Assembly: GCA_947259165.1 (NCBI GenBank)
Contig: CAMYKY010000004.1
Coordinates: 10,733-74,732, forward strand
Length of the DNA stretch: 64,000 nucleotides
Direction: 5' to 3'
Source: an uncultured Acidobacteriota bacterium
GTDB lineage: Bacteria > Acidobacteriota > Vicinamibacteria > Marinacidobacterales > SMYC01
Positions 19,503 to 29,311 of this stretch are shown piece after piece. The translations under genes and the position numbers were made by a program. The notes beneath the pieces were generated by a model. It had not been told where the DNA came from. It worked only from the letters and a program-made list of their open reading frames with translations, and ran no database searches. How positions within the stretch are numbered: the first letter of the stretch is position 1; every line of letters starts with the position of its first letter.

Positions 19503-20830
19503 GCGCTGAGCCTAATTCGGTCAGCTTCCTCGCTGAGATCTGGCGGGTGAAGCTGCCCTTCGGTTGCGGCGACCACGCAAGCAACCGTGGCGTCCCCGGT
19601 CACGTTCGTGACGGTTCTCATCATATCGAGAATGCGGTCGACCCCGAAGATGAGCGCGATCCCGGCGCTCGGCACATTGATGGCTTGTAGGATGATGACG
19701 AGCATGATGATGCCAGCGCCCGGGACTGCAGCGGTTCCGATCGACGCCAACACGGCCGTCAGCACGATCGTGATCTGGCCCCAAATCCCGATATCCATTC
19801 CGAGCGCCTGAGCGATGAAAACAGCCGCGACCGCCTGATAAAGCGCGGTCCCGTCCATGTTCACGGTCGCGCCAAGCGGCAAAACGAACGACGAGACCTC
19901 CTCCGAAACTCCCAGCTTCTCCTCGCAACGCTCCATCGTCAAAGGCAGTGTGGCGCCGCTCGAGCTCGTCGAGAACGCAACGAGCTGAACTGGAGCGATA
20001 CCCGCAATGAACGTTTTCAACTTCAGCGGTGTCAGCAGCTTGAGCATCAACGCATAGGTGAAGCTCATGTGCGCGATCAGCCCCATGACGACGGCCAGAC
20101 TGTAGAAACCAAGTGCGCCCAGTAGGCCTAGAACTTGGCCGAAATCGTCGCCTTGCACCAGTTCGGTGATCGTTCGCGCGATCAACGCAAAGACTCCAAT
20201 GGGCGCAATCAACATGATGAGATCGACGAGGCGGATAACGACCGCGGTCAGACCCTCGAACAGATCGAGCAGAGGCTTGCTGTTCTCCTTAGGCACCTGG
20301 ATGAGCCCAATGCCGAATAGGATGGACACGAAAACAACCTGCAACATGTTGCGGTTGCTCGACGCCGACGCGAAGAAGTTCGAAGGGACGATATCCTCGA
20401 ACAGCTGCAGCGGCCCGCGCTCTTCCACTTCTTCGGCTCGTTGCTCGCCAACACTCGCCTCGTCGGCGAACTGGGATTGGAGTCGATCGCGCGCATCCGG
20501 AGGCAGCTGGTCACCGGGACGTGCGATGTTCACGATGAGGAGTCCAATCGTGACCGCGACGGCCGTGGTAGCGACGTAGATGAAGATTGTCTTCCCGCCG
20601 ATGCGAGAAAGTTTACGAATGTCGCTGAGCGACGCGACGCCCGTAATCAAGGAGCCCAGGACGAGTGGTACTGCGATGAGCTGTAAGCCGCTGATAAAGA
20701 TAGTACCGAAGGGCGCTATCCAGTCCGATGTGAATTGGCTCCACCCGTTCGCCGCGGCGACGATCCCGTAGAGGATTCCAAGAATGAGCCCGACGATGAT
20801 TTGCCAGTGAAGTTTGCGATACCAAGGCAT
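19499..20830 (-). CDS. Dicarboxylate/amino acid:cation symporter (DAACS, GltP-like)
   Basis: AFSTSSSGATLP, PLGATVNMDGTALY, DRILDMMRT. Confidence 0.95.
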   Translation of the reverse strand: MPWYRKLHWQIIVGLILGILYGIVAAANGWSQFTSDWIAPFGTIFISGLQLIAVPLVLGSLITGVASLSDIRKLSRIGGKTIFIYVATTAVAVTIGLLIVNIARPGDQLPPDARDRLQSQFADEASVGEQRAEEVEERGPLQLFEDIVPSNFFASASSNRNMLQVVFVSILFGIGLIQVPKENSKPLLDLFEGLTAVVIRLVDLIMLIAPIGVFALIARTITELVQGDDFGQVLGLLGALGFYSLAVVMGLIAHMSFTYALMLKLLTPLKLKTFIAGIAPVQLVAFSTSSSGATLPLTMERCEEKLGVSEEVSSFVLPLGATVNMDGTALYQAVAAVFIAQALGMDIGIWGQITIVLTAVLASIGTAAVPGAGIIMLVIILQAINVPSAGIALIFGVDRILDMMRTVTNVTGDATVACVVAATEGQLHPPDLSEEADRIRLSA

Positions 20831-21024
20831 AGACTCGAGCCACCCTCCGGTTTGAAGACGAGCCGCCTATCGTAGTCGGAAGCCGAAGCCGACGCAAATC
20901 GCGCGAATGCGCCTCGGACCACACGGTGACGCCACGAGTTTTGACCGTTCGGCCAGGCACGCCGCGCAAAAAGGGGGGACGCAACGTAAGGAGCGGGTAA
21001 CGCCGGGTGCGGCCCGGCGTCGAG

Positions 21025-21720
21025 TCATTGGGGAACGGGTGAGCTTGCTTCGGTTTGATCCAGCGAGATGATGCCCAGGGTCGCCGCGGCCGCCGCGCTG
21101 CCCGCGAGAAGCAGTAGCAATCCATTGGGAAAACCATCTGGGTTTCCCGTCAGCAACGCGAGACAGCCACTCAACGCAGACTGACATCGCTCAGGCACAA
21201 ACGGTGGCACGGCCGGATCGCGACGCATTCCTTCGGAAACCATCCAGGCGACTTTCGTCTCCGGGTCCACGACGAAACACAGTTCCGCAATGTAGCTGAG
21301 CTCGACATTCAGGTCGAGGATCTGACGGACGGGATAGTCGATGCCTTCGTGGGCAATCGTGAAACGATAGGCCCCGACCGGTGTTTCTCGGATCATGTAC
21401 TCGCCATCCGGGTCGCTGAACTCGCTGTCAAACCCGACGTTGGTGGATATTTGCCTAGCGGCAACGACAGCATCCGGGAGGCGATTCAGGAACTCGTCGG
21501 GGTCGAGTAGCTCCGGCTCGGCGTCAGAATCTTCCTCTCGCGTCTCGAGGTGCCTGCGGTATTCCTCGTACTTCGCCGGATCGACTTCGTAGACACGGCC
21601 TACGATCACGCCGAGAACATCCCGAGGCTGGCCGAAAACCGCCATTGGAGCCAGTAGCGTCAGGGCGACGAAGCTCGCGAGGCGTGATGATCTTCGCCTG
21701 TTCCCGTACCTCTCACTCAT
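21025..21720 (-). CDS. Exported hypothetical protein (carboxypeptidase-regulatory-like beta sandwich, hydrophobic C-terminus)
   Basis: Signal peptide; GRVYE..SDPDGEY..PVGAYRF. Start uncertain. Confidence 0.55.
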   Translation of the reverse strand: MSERYGNRRRSSRLASFVALTLLAPMAVFGQPRDVLGVIVGRVYEVDPAKYEEYRRHLETREEDSDAEPELLDPDEFLNRLPDAVVAARQISTNVGFDSEFSDPDGEYMIRETPVGAYRFTIAHEGIDYPVRQILDLNVELSYIAELCFVVDPETKVAWMVSEGMRRDPAVPPFVPERCQSALSGCLALLTGNPDGFPNGLLLLLAGSAAAAATLGIISLDQTEASSPVPQ

Positions 21721-21907
21721 CGTGGTCAATCTCTCCCAGTTCGCGAGCATCCCGTTGACTTGCGAAAAACGGGAGGAGCGCCCAAAGACGACGCACACTC
21801 GCGCCGCGTCGCAGGGTAGTACCCAGAGTGCAATTATTTCTGTAATTACTAGTTTACCGACTCCGATCTCGTTGTCAAGAAGCGACGAGACCCGGCCCAT
21901 GAGCCAC

Positions 21908-23179
21908 TCACTCTAGTGCATGGACCCGCTGATCCTGTCGGTAAATTCCGACGTCATTTTGGGTGCGGACAAGGCGCTCCGACGAATTCATATCTAGATA
22001 TTTGCCGCCTTCGACGCCAGTGGCTTCGATCCGAACCGTATCGCCGTCGATATGAAGAGACTTCTTACCGTCGAGGATATCGAGGAAATCCTGGCCCACT
22101 AGCTCGCGTCTCCAACCCTCGAGAAGAGGCAAGCTGGGGAGCTCGGAGCGATAGTGTCCCGCGGCCAGGCTTTTGAGATCGATGCGGGTCGCCAGCATCG
22201 ACGGGGCGATCTCGGCCTCGGTGGCGCGCGCGTAGAGCCACGCTTCGAGAAGTCTGGCGATGGAGTCGACCTGGGGAGGCATCTTGTTTTTCGCGTTGTC
22301 GGAGGTCGGCTCATTGATAGGGTTTTGCTCGCCCCGCGCCACCGCCGCGATAATACTTTCTCCCTCTTTCCCGATTTGATGCGGCTTTAGCGATCGGATT
22401 TGCTTGAGGCTCTTGATCGTCGACGGTTTTCGGCGGGCGATCTCGAGAACGCTTTGATCGCGGATGACCCAACCTCTGGGAATGTTGCGTGAGCGCGCCG
22501 TCGCCTCCCGCCAAGCCGCAACTTCGCGCAGCACTCCCAGGCTGCCTCCGTTGAGTCCCCCCGTCTTGAGCCTCTTGTAATACTCAAGCGGCTCGAGCGG
22601 CCGGTAGGCTTCCGCGGATTCCAGCCGCGCGCACTCCTCTAGCTCCCATCCGGAGCGGCCAAGCGCATCGAGCCGCTCACCGAGGTGTTCGCGGATCTTC
22701 GCCAGGTAGCGAACATCTTCGAGAGAGTAGTCGATCTGCGCTTGCGTCAACGGCCGCGCAGTCCAATCGGTGAGCGTCTCTAGCTTGGAGAGCTGGACCC
22801 CGGTCACTTTCGCAACCAATTTTGCGTAAGAAATCTGGTCGCCATAGCCAACGAGCGCCGCCGCGATCTGCGTATCGAAGACGTTAGTCGGAACGATCTC
22901 GCCTTTCTCATAAAGCGCCGCGAAGTCTTGCTCGCCGGCGTGAACGATTTTCTCCACCGACGGGTCAGTCACGAGCTCGTAGAGGGGCTCGAGCGAATCG
23001 ACTGCCTGCGGATCAATGACCGCTTCGACACCATTTGCGGCGACTTGCACGATCCCGAGTTGAATATAGAAGGTACGTTCGCGAACGAATTCGGTGTCGA
23101 GGGAAAACGAGCCGGACTCGGCCAGCTTCTCGCACAGTTGCTCTAGCTCTTTCGTGTGCGCGACGATCGCAGATTTCAT
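21908..23179 (-). CDS. rnd: Ribonuclease D
   Basis: LDTEFVRERTF, KIVHA, FDTQIAA, TDW..RPL..Q..Y..EDV, HRDC domain, LLEGWRRELVG. Confidence 0.93.
   Translation of the reverse strand: MKSAIVAHTKELEQLCEKLAESGSFSLDTEFVRERTFYIQLGIVQVAANGVEAVIDPQAVDSLEPLYELVTDPSVEKIVHAGEQDFAALYEKGEIVPTNVFDTQIAAALVGYGDQISYAKLVAKVTGVQLSKLETLTDWTARPLTQAQIDYSLEDVRYLAKIREHLGERLDALGRSGWELEECARLESAEAYRPLEPLEYYKRLKTGGLNGGSLGVLREVAAWREATARSRNIPRGWVIRDQSVLEIARRKPSTIKSLKQIRSLKPHQIGKEGESIIAAVARGEQNPINEPTSDNAKNKMPPQVDSIARLLEAWLYARATEAEIAPSMLATRIDLKSLAAGHYRSELPSLPLLEGWRRELVGQDFLDILDGKKSLHIDGDTVRIEATGVEGGKYLDMNSSERLVRTQNDVGIYRQDQRVHALE
21913..22013. repeat. 101-bp dispersed repeat, copy 1 (inside the 3' end of rnd)
   Basis: Identical to 38194-38294. 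Begins with CTAG and contains palindrome ATATCTAGATAT. Confidence 0.92.
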
Positions 23180-23198
23180 GGCGTTATTCGGCAGTGAA

Positions 23199-25652
23199 TC
23201 ATATCCCGAGTGAGAGTCGAAGTGAGATTCCCATGTCGACGCTATTGAGAAAATCGCCAAAGCGCGCGCTATCGAGATTCGATATCACATCGCGGGGGTT
23301 GAAGTGGCTTCCCGCGTTGAATATCTGGAATCCTACGCGAAATTTGCGACCCTTGACAGTAACGCCTTTAGTCACTCGGACATCCGCGCTGAAAAAATTC
23401 GGGAAGCGACCTCCGCGGTTCCGCTCGCCCACCGGTGTGTAGTCTTCGTCGAAGACGGTATAGGGGAATCCAAAACGCCACTCGACGCCGGGCGAGATGA
23501 CCACGTCGCCCCCGAGCTTCCATATTCCCCAGAACAGCACGCGGTTGGGCACGTCGAGCCTAAAAAGAGAGCTCTCATTGATGAGAAACAAGGGTGAGCG
23601 GAAATTCTGATAAAGCGTATTGAAGTCGTTGAGGTCACCGGTCGTTCGTGAGCGAACGTAGGACGCGGAAAGCTCGTTGTCATTGCGTTTGAAGCGAACG
23701 GTCGCGTCCATTTCACGTGTGAAGGACGTACCGTTCGACGAGAGCAGCATGCTCCCGGGGGTTTTGTCGACTCCCGGATCGACACGATCGACGATGAACT
23801 CGTTCGAGCCTCGCCGCTCACGGTAGTTCACACGTAGCTGCAGGCTATCTCCGACGAGCCGCCCCAACTCGACATTCCACGTCGTGCTCCTCGGTGTCTC
23901 CAAACCCTCGTTTGCGACGCGTGGCTCCAGGACCACGGGGTTGCCGATCTGCAGTCCATCCGGACCAAAACGGGTTTCCACGCGACTCTGGTAGTTCTCG
24001 AAGCCGTCCGCATGGAGGAAAACGTGATCATAGAAAATGCCAAACCCGGTTTTGATGACGGTGCGACCCCGCGAGTCGAGTGCCAGTGCGGCTGAGATAC
24101 GGGGTGCGAGCTTGTGCTCGGAGACGAGACGATCGAAGTCGTATCGCAGCCCCACATCGATCCCTACTCGCTCGTTCGGTCGCCATTGATCCTGAACGTA
24201 GGCAGAAACTTGAAGATCTCGGCCTTCGATAGAGGGATCCCCCACGTAGTCGACTCGTTGAAGCCTCTGCCCGCTCTCTGAAAAAAAGTCGATCGGCATC
24301 CACGCGTCCACGCCCGTAAAACTCGTATACGAAACATTGCCCCCAATCTTCGTGAGGTGCCGACCGAGAAAATCCGGCAGCGCGTGGGTAGCGGCCGCGC
24401 CGACTTCGAATCTCGTGCTCTGACGGTCGATGAGATTGAAGTAATTGTCTCGAAGGCCGTCCGGAACAAGGCGTGAGGGTCCGTTACTCTTCGGCGTGAC
24501 CGTCAGGTCGTAGTTTTTCACCGCCACGATCGTTTCAACCAGGGTCCGGGAAAAGACCGACCGCTCGGACAATGCCAGATTCCACCCGCCGCTCTCCAAA
24601 TCCGGTGACGCGTCGGAGGTCACCAAGGCGCTCAAGCCAAGGTTGTCGACTTCGACCGGAAAGAACGAGAACGTCGTCGTAAGATGATGGTTCTTCGCCA
24701 AACGCAAGTCGAACTGAGTGAACGAGTCGAAATTCTCGACGATACGCTCGTCCTCTCCTTCCTGGACGTCGAAAACACGCGAGCGGGCGAAACGGTAGGC
24801 GATGCCTTGCGAGAACCACGCCTTGCCTTTCTTGATCGGACCACTCACCTGGACTGAAGGCACCCACGACTTGAAGCCCTTGATGGTTCCCTCCCGAAAG
24901 TTGGGTCTCGGCCAGAAGTCTCCGAAATCAACGTCGAACGCGTCGTTGCCGCCCCGGGTTGTAATGCGGGCCACGGCCCCCGTTACCCGTCCATATTCAG
25001 CAGAGTAAGGAAGGCTGTTGATCTCGACCTCATCGATTGCCTTGAGCGGCAGCTCCGCTGCGAACTCGCCGGTGACGGGGTCGGTGACGTTCGCGCCGTT
25101 GACCATTAGCATCGACTGGCTCGGCCGCGCACCATTGAAGCTGATTCGCCCCTCGGGGTCACGAACGACTCCCGGCACGAGCGGCAACGCCTCCTGAAAA
25201 CGATCCGTAGGTAGCGGGAGCGCGTCGAGCTGTTGCGGAACGAATCGCGGCGTTTCCTTCGGCTCAGCAACCGGGTCTAGGGGTGCCACATCGCGAACCA
25301 CGACGCTTTCGGAGATGCGCGTAATTTGTAGCGCGATCTCGAAATCTAGCTCCTGCCCAGGAGCTACGTCGAGATTCTCGGTGACGAATTCTTCGTACCC
25401 GGGCATTCTAGCGGAAAGGTGGCAAAGGCCGGGCGGGATACCATCGAATAGGAACCCGCCAAGGGTACCGGAGACTGCGACAAACGATGTTCCGTCCTCG
25501 GCGGTCAGGGTGACGATGACCCCAGGAAGAGGACTGCCGCCCGGTCCGGTGATCGTGCCGCTCATGCGGCCGGGCGCGCCCTGCGCCCATGAGCCAGCGC
25601 TCGCCATCAACATTGCGAACAACAGGCTCGCTTCAAGCGGTATTTTGAGCAC
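23199..25652 (-). CDS. TonB-dependent receptor with N-terminal carboxypeptidase-regulatory-like domain
   Basis: Signal peptide; LPGVIVTL; plug LVPGV..SAEYG..TRGG; YVQDQW..GLRYD barrel. Confidence 0.9.
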   Translation of the reverse strand: MLKIPLEASLLFAMLMASAGSWAQGAPGRMSGTITGPGGSPLPGVIVTLTAEDGTSFVAVSGTLGGFLFDGIPPGLCHLSARMPGYEEFVTENLDVAPGQELDFEIALQITRISESVVVRDVAPLDPVAEPKETPRFVPQQLDALPLPTDRFQEALPLVPGVVRDPEGRISFNGARPSQSMLMVNGANVTDPVTGEFAAELPLKAIDEVEINSLPYSAEYGRVTGAVARITTRGGNDAFDVDFGDFWPRPNFREGTIKGFKSWVPSVQVSGPIKKGKAWFSQGIAYRFARSRVFDVQEGEDERIVENFDSFTQFDLRLAKNHHLTTTFSFFPVEVDNLGLSALVTSDASPDLESGGWNLALSERSVFSRTLVETIVAVKNYDLTVTPKSNGPSRLVPDGLRDNYFNLIDRQSTRFEVGAAATHALPDFLGRHLTKIGGNVSYTSFTGVDAWMPIDFFSESGQRLQRVDYVGDPSIEGRDLQVSAYVQDQWRPNERVGIDVGLRYDFDRLVSEHKLAPRISAALALDSRGRTVIKTGFGIFYDHVFLHADGFENYQSRVETRFGPDGLQIGNPVVLEPRVANEGLETPRSTTWNVELGRLVGDSLQLRVNYRERRGSNEFIVDRVDPGVDKTPGSMLLSSNGTSFTREMDATVRFKRNDNELSASYVRSRTTGDLNDFNTLYQNFRSPLFLINESSLFRLDVPNRVLFWGIWKLGGDVVISPGVEWRFGFPYTVFDEDYTPVGERNRGGRFPNFFSADVRVTKGVTVKGRKFRVGFQIFNAGSHFNPRDVISNLDSARFGDFLNSVDMGISLRLSLGI

Positions 25653-25786
25653 GGATACGTATTCGTTTTGCGTTCAAGAAGTTGCCTGGCGCGGGCACCG
25701 TCCGCGCAGCGAGTGTATCACGGCTCGTTTGTGATAGAACTGCCTCGCGCACCGCCGCATGGTGCCAAACGACAAAGGAGCGAACG

Positions 25787-27202
25787 TTGGACTCTCCCAC
25801 CTGGCTCAGCGTACTGCCGCCTCTGATAGCGATCGTTACCGCACTCGTCACCAAGCAGGTGTTCCTCTCGCTGTTCGCCGGAATCTGGCTCGCATGGAGC
25901 ATCATGGACGGCGGCAACGTATTGTACGGACTCCGCGACGCCATACAGGCTCTCGTCGACGTCTATAAGAGCGACGGCAACACCCGCACGATCATGTTCA
26001 GCGCTCTGATGGGGTCGCTCATCGCGCTGACCCAACGCTCCGGCGGTGTGGCGGGCTTCATCCGTTGGGTTACCGAAGCGGGCTACGTGACCACACGCCG
26101 CGGGGCTCAGTTGCTCACGTCGCTCCTCGGTCTGGGTATCTTTCTCGAATCCAATATCACCTGCCTGGTTGCCGGTTCGATCTCGAGACCCCTTTTCGAC
26201 AAGTTCAAGATCTCGCGAGAAAAGCTCGCGTATCTGTGCGATTCAACTTCGGCGCCGGTATGTATTCTCATCCCCATGAACGGCTGGGGTGCATTCATAA
26301 TTGGCGTGTTGGCCGCGCAAGGAGTGGACCAGCCGGTCAAAGCGCTGCTGACAGCGAACCTCTTCAACTTCTACGCGTTTTTCGCACTCGCCCTCGTGTT
26401 CTACACCGTCATCACTGGGAAGGACTGGGGTCCGATGGCGCGAGCTGAAAAACGCGCCATGGAAACGGGAAAAGTGCTGCGTGACGGCGCGAAGCCGCTG
26501 GTATCCAATGAAGTTTTGGCGCTGCCGACCAAAGAGGGCGTCGAACCCCGCGCGGCCAACATGATCGTTCCCCTGGTCACCATGCTCGTGGCGATGCCGG
26601 CCGGCCTGTTCATCACCGGCGAGGGCGATATCCTGGCGGGCAGCGGGTCGACCTCGGTCTTGTGGGCAGTGATGCTCGCCGTCACCGTCGCGTTCGTGAT
26701 GTACGCGCGGCAACGCATCTTCGAGCTCAGCGAGTTCATGGAGCTCGTCCTCGATGGCATTGGCGGGCTCATGCCGGTCGCTCTCCTCATGATGATGGCG
26801 TTCGCCATCGGCGCCGCGTCGACCGAGCTGCGCACCGGTGTGTACCTCGCCGGCCTGACCGAGGGATTGTTGAGTCCATCGCTGGTGCCCGCGATCCTCT
26901 TCGTCATGACGGGTTTCATCGCTTTTTCGACCGGAACATCTTGGGGGACGTTCGCGATCATGCTCCCAATCGGAATACCCATGGCCGAGGTGATCGGTGC
27001 GCATCTTCATTTGACCATCGGCGCCGTGCTCGCAGGCGGCATCTTCGGCGATCACTGCTCGCCCATCTCCGACACGACCATCATCTCGTCGATGGCGGCG
27101 AGCTCCGATCACATCGACCATGTGAACACGCAACTCCCTTACGCCCTCGCGACTGGCGCGGTAACGACCGTCGTCTTCCTCCTCGCCGGCTGGACGCTGT
27201 AG
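25787..27202 (+). CDS. NhaC-family Na+/H+ antiporter-like transporter
   Basis: RBS AAGGAG + TTG; SREKLAYLCDSTSAP, FSTGTSWGTF, GDHCSPISDTT. Confidence 0.92.
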   Translation: MDSPTWLSVLPPLIAIVTALVTKQVFLSLFAGIWLAWSIMDGGNVLYGLRDAIQALVDVYKSDGNTRTIMFSALMGSLIALTQRSGGVAGFIRWVTEAGYVTTRRGAQLLTSLLGLGIFLESNITCLVAGSISRPLFDKFKISREKLAYLCDSTSAPVCILIPMNGWGAFIIGVLAAQGVDQPVKALLTANLFNFYAFFALALVFYTVITGKDWGPMARAEKRAMETGKVLRDGAKPLVSNEVLALPTKEGVEPRAANMIVPLVTMLVAMPAGLFITGEGDILAGSGSTSVLWAVMLAVTVAFVMYARQRIFELSEFMELVLDGIGGLMPVALLMMMAFAIGAASTELRTGVYLAGLTEGLLSPSLVPAILFVMTGFIAFSTGTSWGTFAIMLPIGIPMAEVIGAHLHLTIGAVLAGGIFGDHCSPISDTTIISSMAASSDHIDHVNTQLPYALATGAVTTVVFLLAGWTL

Positions 27203-27271
27203 CGGTTTTTCGGATGGGTTCTCGCCTGCTAGAATACTTCGAGCTCATTTTCATCGGCCCTGACGGGCGCC

Positions 27272-27994
27272 ATGATCCTTTACTACGCGGGTATTGCATT
27301 TACGATCGCGACCGCGGTGACGTGTGTCCGGCGCGGACAGGCCAACCCGTGGATCTGGATCATCTTGTTTTTTCCGCCCATCGGCGGCGCCGTGTATGTG
27401 TTCACCGAGGTGCTGGGATCGCACTCCTTCCGCGGCCTCACCGGTGGCCGGGTTGCCAGCAAACGCGAGCTCAAAGTCGCAGAGGCCGAAGTACGGCGTC
27501 TAGATAACAGCGACGCTTGGACGAGCTTCGCGCAAGCTCTCAGAAGCCGCAAACAATTCGAGCAAGCGCGCGAGGCAGCGAGCGCAGCGGTAAAGAAAGA
27601 CACAACGAGTTGGCGGGCGCTCAACGAGCTCGGGCTAGCCCAAATGGGCCTCGGCGACTACGAAAACGCCGCGAACATCTTGTCAAAGGTGGTAGAGCTC
27701 GAACCCTTGCACGCCGCGGGCGACGCATCGTTCGCGTTGGCCGTTTCGCTCGAGAAAAGCGGGCGCAAAGACGACGCCCGCAGCGTTCTCGAGCAACTGG
27801 CGCGCACCTCGTCGCTTCCGAAAGTCCTCTTCAGCCTCGCTTCACTTCAGGCGGACGCAGGGCAAACGAGCGCGGCACGCGAGTCCCTCGAGCGCATCAT
27901 CACCGAAGCCGAATACGTTCCGTCGTATCATCGGCGCGAGGTGCGGCCGTGGGTAAGACGTGCCAGGAAGGCGCTGAGCTCGCTACCGTCCTAA
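27272..27994 (+). CDS. Membrane-anchored TPR protein
   Basis: 2 N-terminal TM segments (WIWIILFFP.IG..VY) followed by TPR-like helices. Confidence 0.8.
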   Translation: MILYYAGIAFTIATAVTCVRRGQANPWIWIILFFPPIGGAVYVFTEVLGSHSFRGLTGGRVASKRELKVAEAEVRRLDNSDAWTSFAQALRSRKQFEQAREAASAAVKKDTTSWRALNELGLAQMGLGDYENAANILSKVVELEPLHAAGDASFALAVSLEKSGRKDDARSVLEQLARTSSLPKVLFSLASLQADAGQTSAARESLERIITEAEYVPSYHRREVRPWVRRARKALSSLPS

Positions 27995-28018
27995 GGAGTT
28001 CAACCGCAGAGGCACGGA

Positions 28019-29245
28019 TCACGTCGCGCGAATCACCAAAACCGTCGCGTCGTCAGCGGGGGCGCTGCCGCTGAAGTGACGAACATCGCTCAACAGCGCA
28101 CGGCATACCTGGGAGGATGAAGCGCTTTGATTGTTCTTCAGGACGTCGATGAGACGGTTCCGCCCGTAGTCTTCGTCGTTGGCGTTCGACGCCTCCGTGA
28201 TACCGTCAGTGTACAGGCAGAGCAAGTCGCCGCTCTCCAACTGGAGAAACTGTTCGAAATAGCGAGGGTTATCGAAAAACCCGAGCGGAAACCCACCGGA
28301 GCGCAGCAGCTCGATTTCCCCGTTGCGCCTCAGCACCACCGGAGGCAGGTGCCCGGCATTGATATAAATGAAACGGCGCGCGTGAGTGTCGAGTACCGCG
28401 TAGAACAAGGTCACGTATTTTGCTTTGGGCCCGGTTGCCGCATGGATGAACTCATTGGCACGCTGGAGGATGGCACGAAGGGCAAGCTCACGCTTCGCCA
28501 GCGCGTATAAGGTCGCCCGGAGAGCCGCTACCACGAGCGCCGCGGGGGCACCCTTGCCAGAGACATCTGCCATGGCCACGCTCCATCGTTCATTGCCCAA
28601 TGGGATGAAGTCGTAGTAGTCCCCACCCACTTCGTGCGCCGATTCGATCACCGCAGCGATATCGAATCCGTCGAGCTTCGGGGACTCACTCGGAAGAAGT
28701 CCCGCCATGACCTGCCGCGCGACTTCGAGCTCACCGGTCATACGACGGTCGCTCACCAATTGCGCGTAGAGAAGAGCGCGCTCGATCGCGGGCGCAGAGG
28801 CCCGCGCATAGCTCATCAGCGTCTCCAGATCTTCGTCTCGATAACGATCGTGGTCTCCCGCTTCCACGAGCAACGCCCCGAGCACGCGACCGCCCCCGCC
28901 GACGATGGGTATCGCCAATGAAGATGCGATTTCGTCGTCGATCGGTGCAAGAGTCCCGCGGCCGGTGCGCAGCGTCTCAGCTACCGCCCCGTGAAGTCGC
29001 TTGGCCGCCGTGGCCGCGCGCGCACCGGCATCTTTCTCATACGTACGCTCGCAAATCATCGCTCCCGCATCGTCCCGGTCTCGAATGAAAATGTGGGCCC
29101 GCTCGCAAGCGAGAACGGATTTCAACCCTTCCAGCACGTGGTCCGCCGTACGATTGAGATCGAGTGAGCTCCCGAGCGCCTCGAGCGCATCGAGGAGGCT
29201 ACGGGCCTCGATGACCGAGGGGGTCTCGTCGCTCGTTTTGGTCAT
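28019..29245 (-). CDS. GAF + PP2C/SpoIIE (RsbU-like) phosphatase
   Basis: VGGDYYD, ADVSGKG, NAGH, YTDGITE, DDAT. Confidence 0.93.
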   Translation of the reverse strand: MTKTSDETPSVIEARSLLDALEALGSSLDLNRTADHVLEGLKSVLACERAHIFIRDRDDAGAMICERTYEKDAGARAATAAKRLHGAVAETLRTGRGTLAPIDDEIASSLAIPIVGGGGRVLGALLVEAGDHDRYRDEDLETLMSYARASAPAIERALLYAQLVSDRRMTGELEVARQVMAGLLPSESPKLDGFDIAAVIESAHEVGGDYYDFIPLGNERWSVAMADVSGKGAPAALVVAALRATLYALAKRELALRAILQRANEFIHAATGPKAKYVTLFYAVLDTHARRFIYINAGHLPPVVLRRNGEIELLRSGGFPLGFFDNPRYFEQFLQLESGDLLCLYTDGITEASNANDEDYGRNRLIDVLKNNQSASSSQVCRALLSDVRHFSGSAPADDATVLVIRAT

Positions 29246-29311
29246 GGTCACTCAGTCTAGCAAAGCGTCTCGAGTCCGGCCAGATCGCGATCCCGGTGAC
29301 GGGCGTGAGCA

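Noticed and set aside
20831-21024. Riboswitch upstream of the DAACS symporter
   Set aside because: Only short hairpins; no glycine, TPP, SAM or cobalamin consensus recognised.
21808-21860. Possible sigma54 box TGGGTACTACCCTGC with AT-rich upstream tract
   Set aside because: Only the GG-N10-GC spacing matches; the -24 and -12 consensus is poor.
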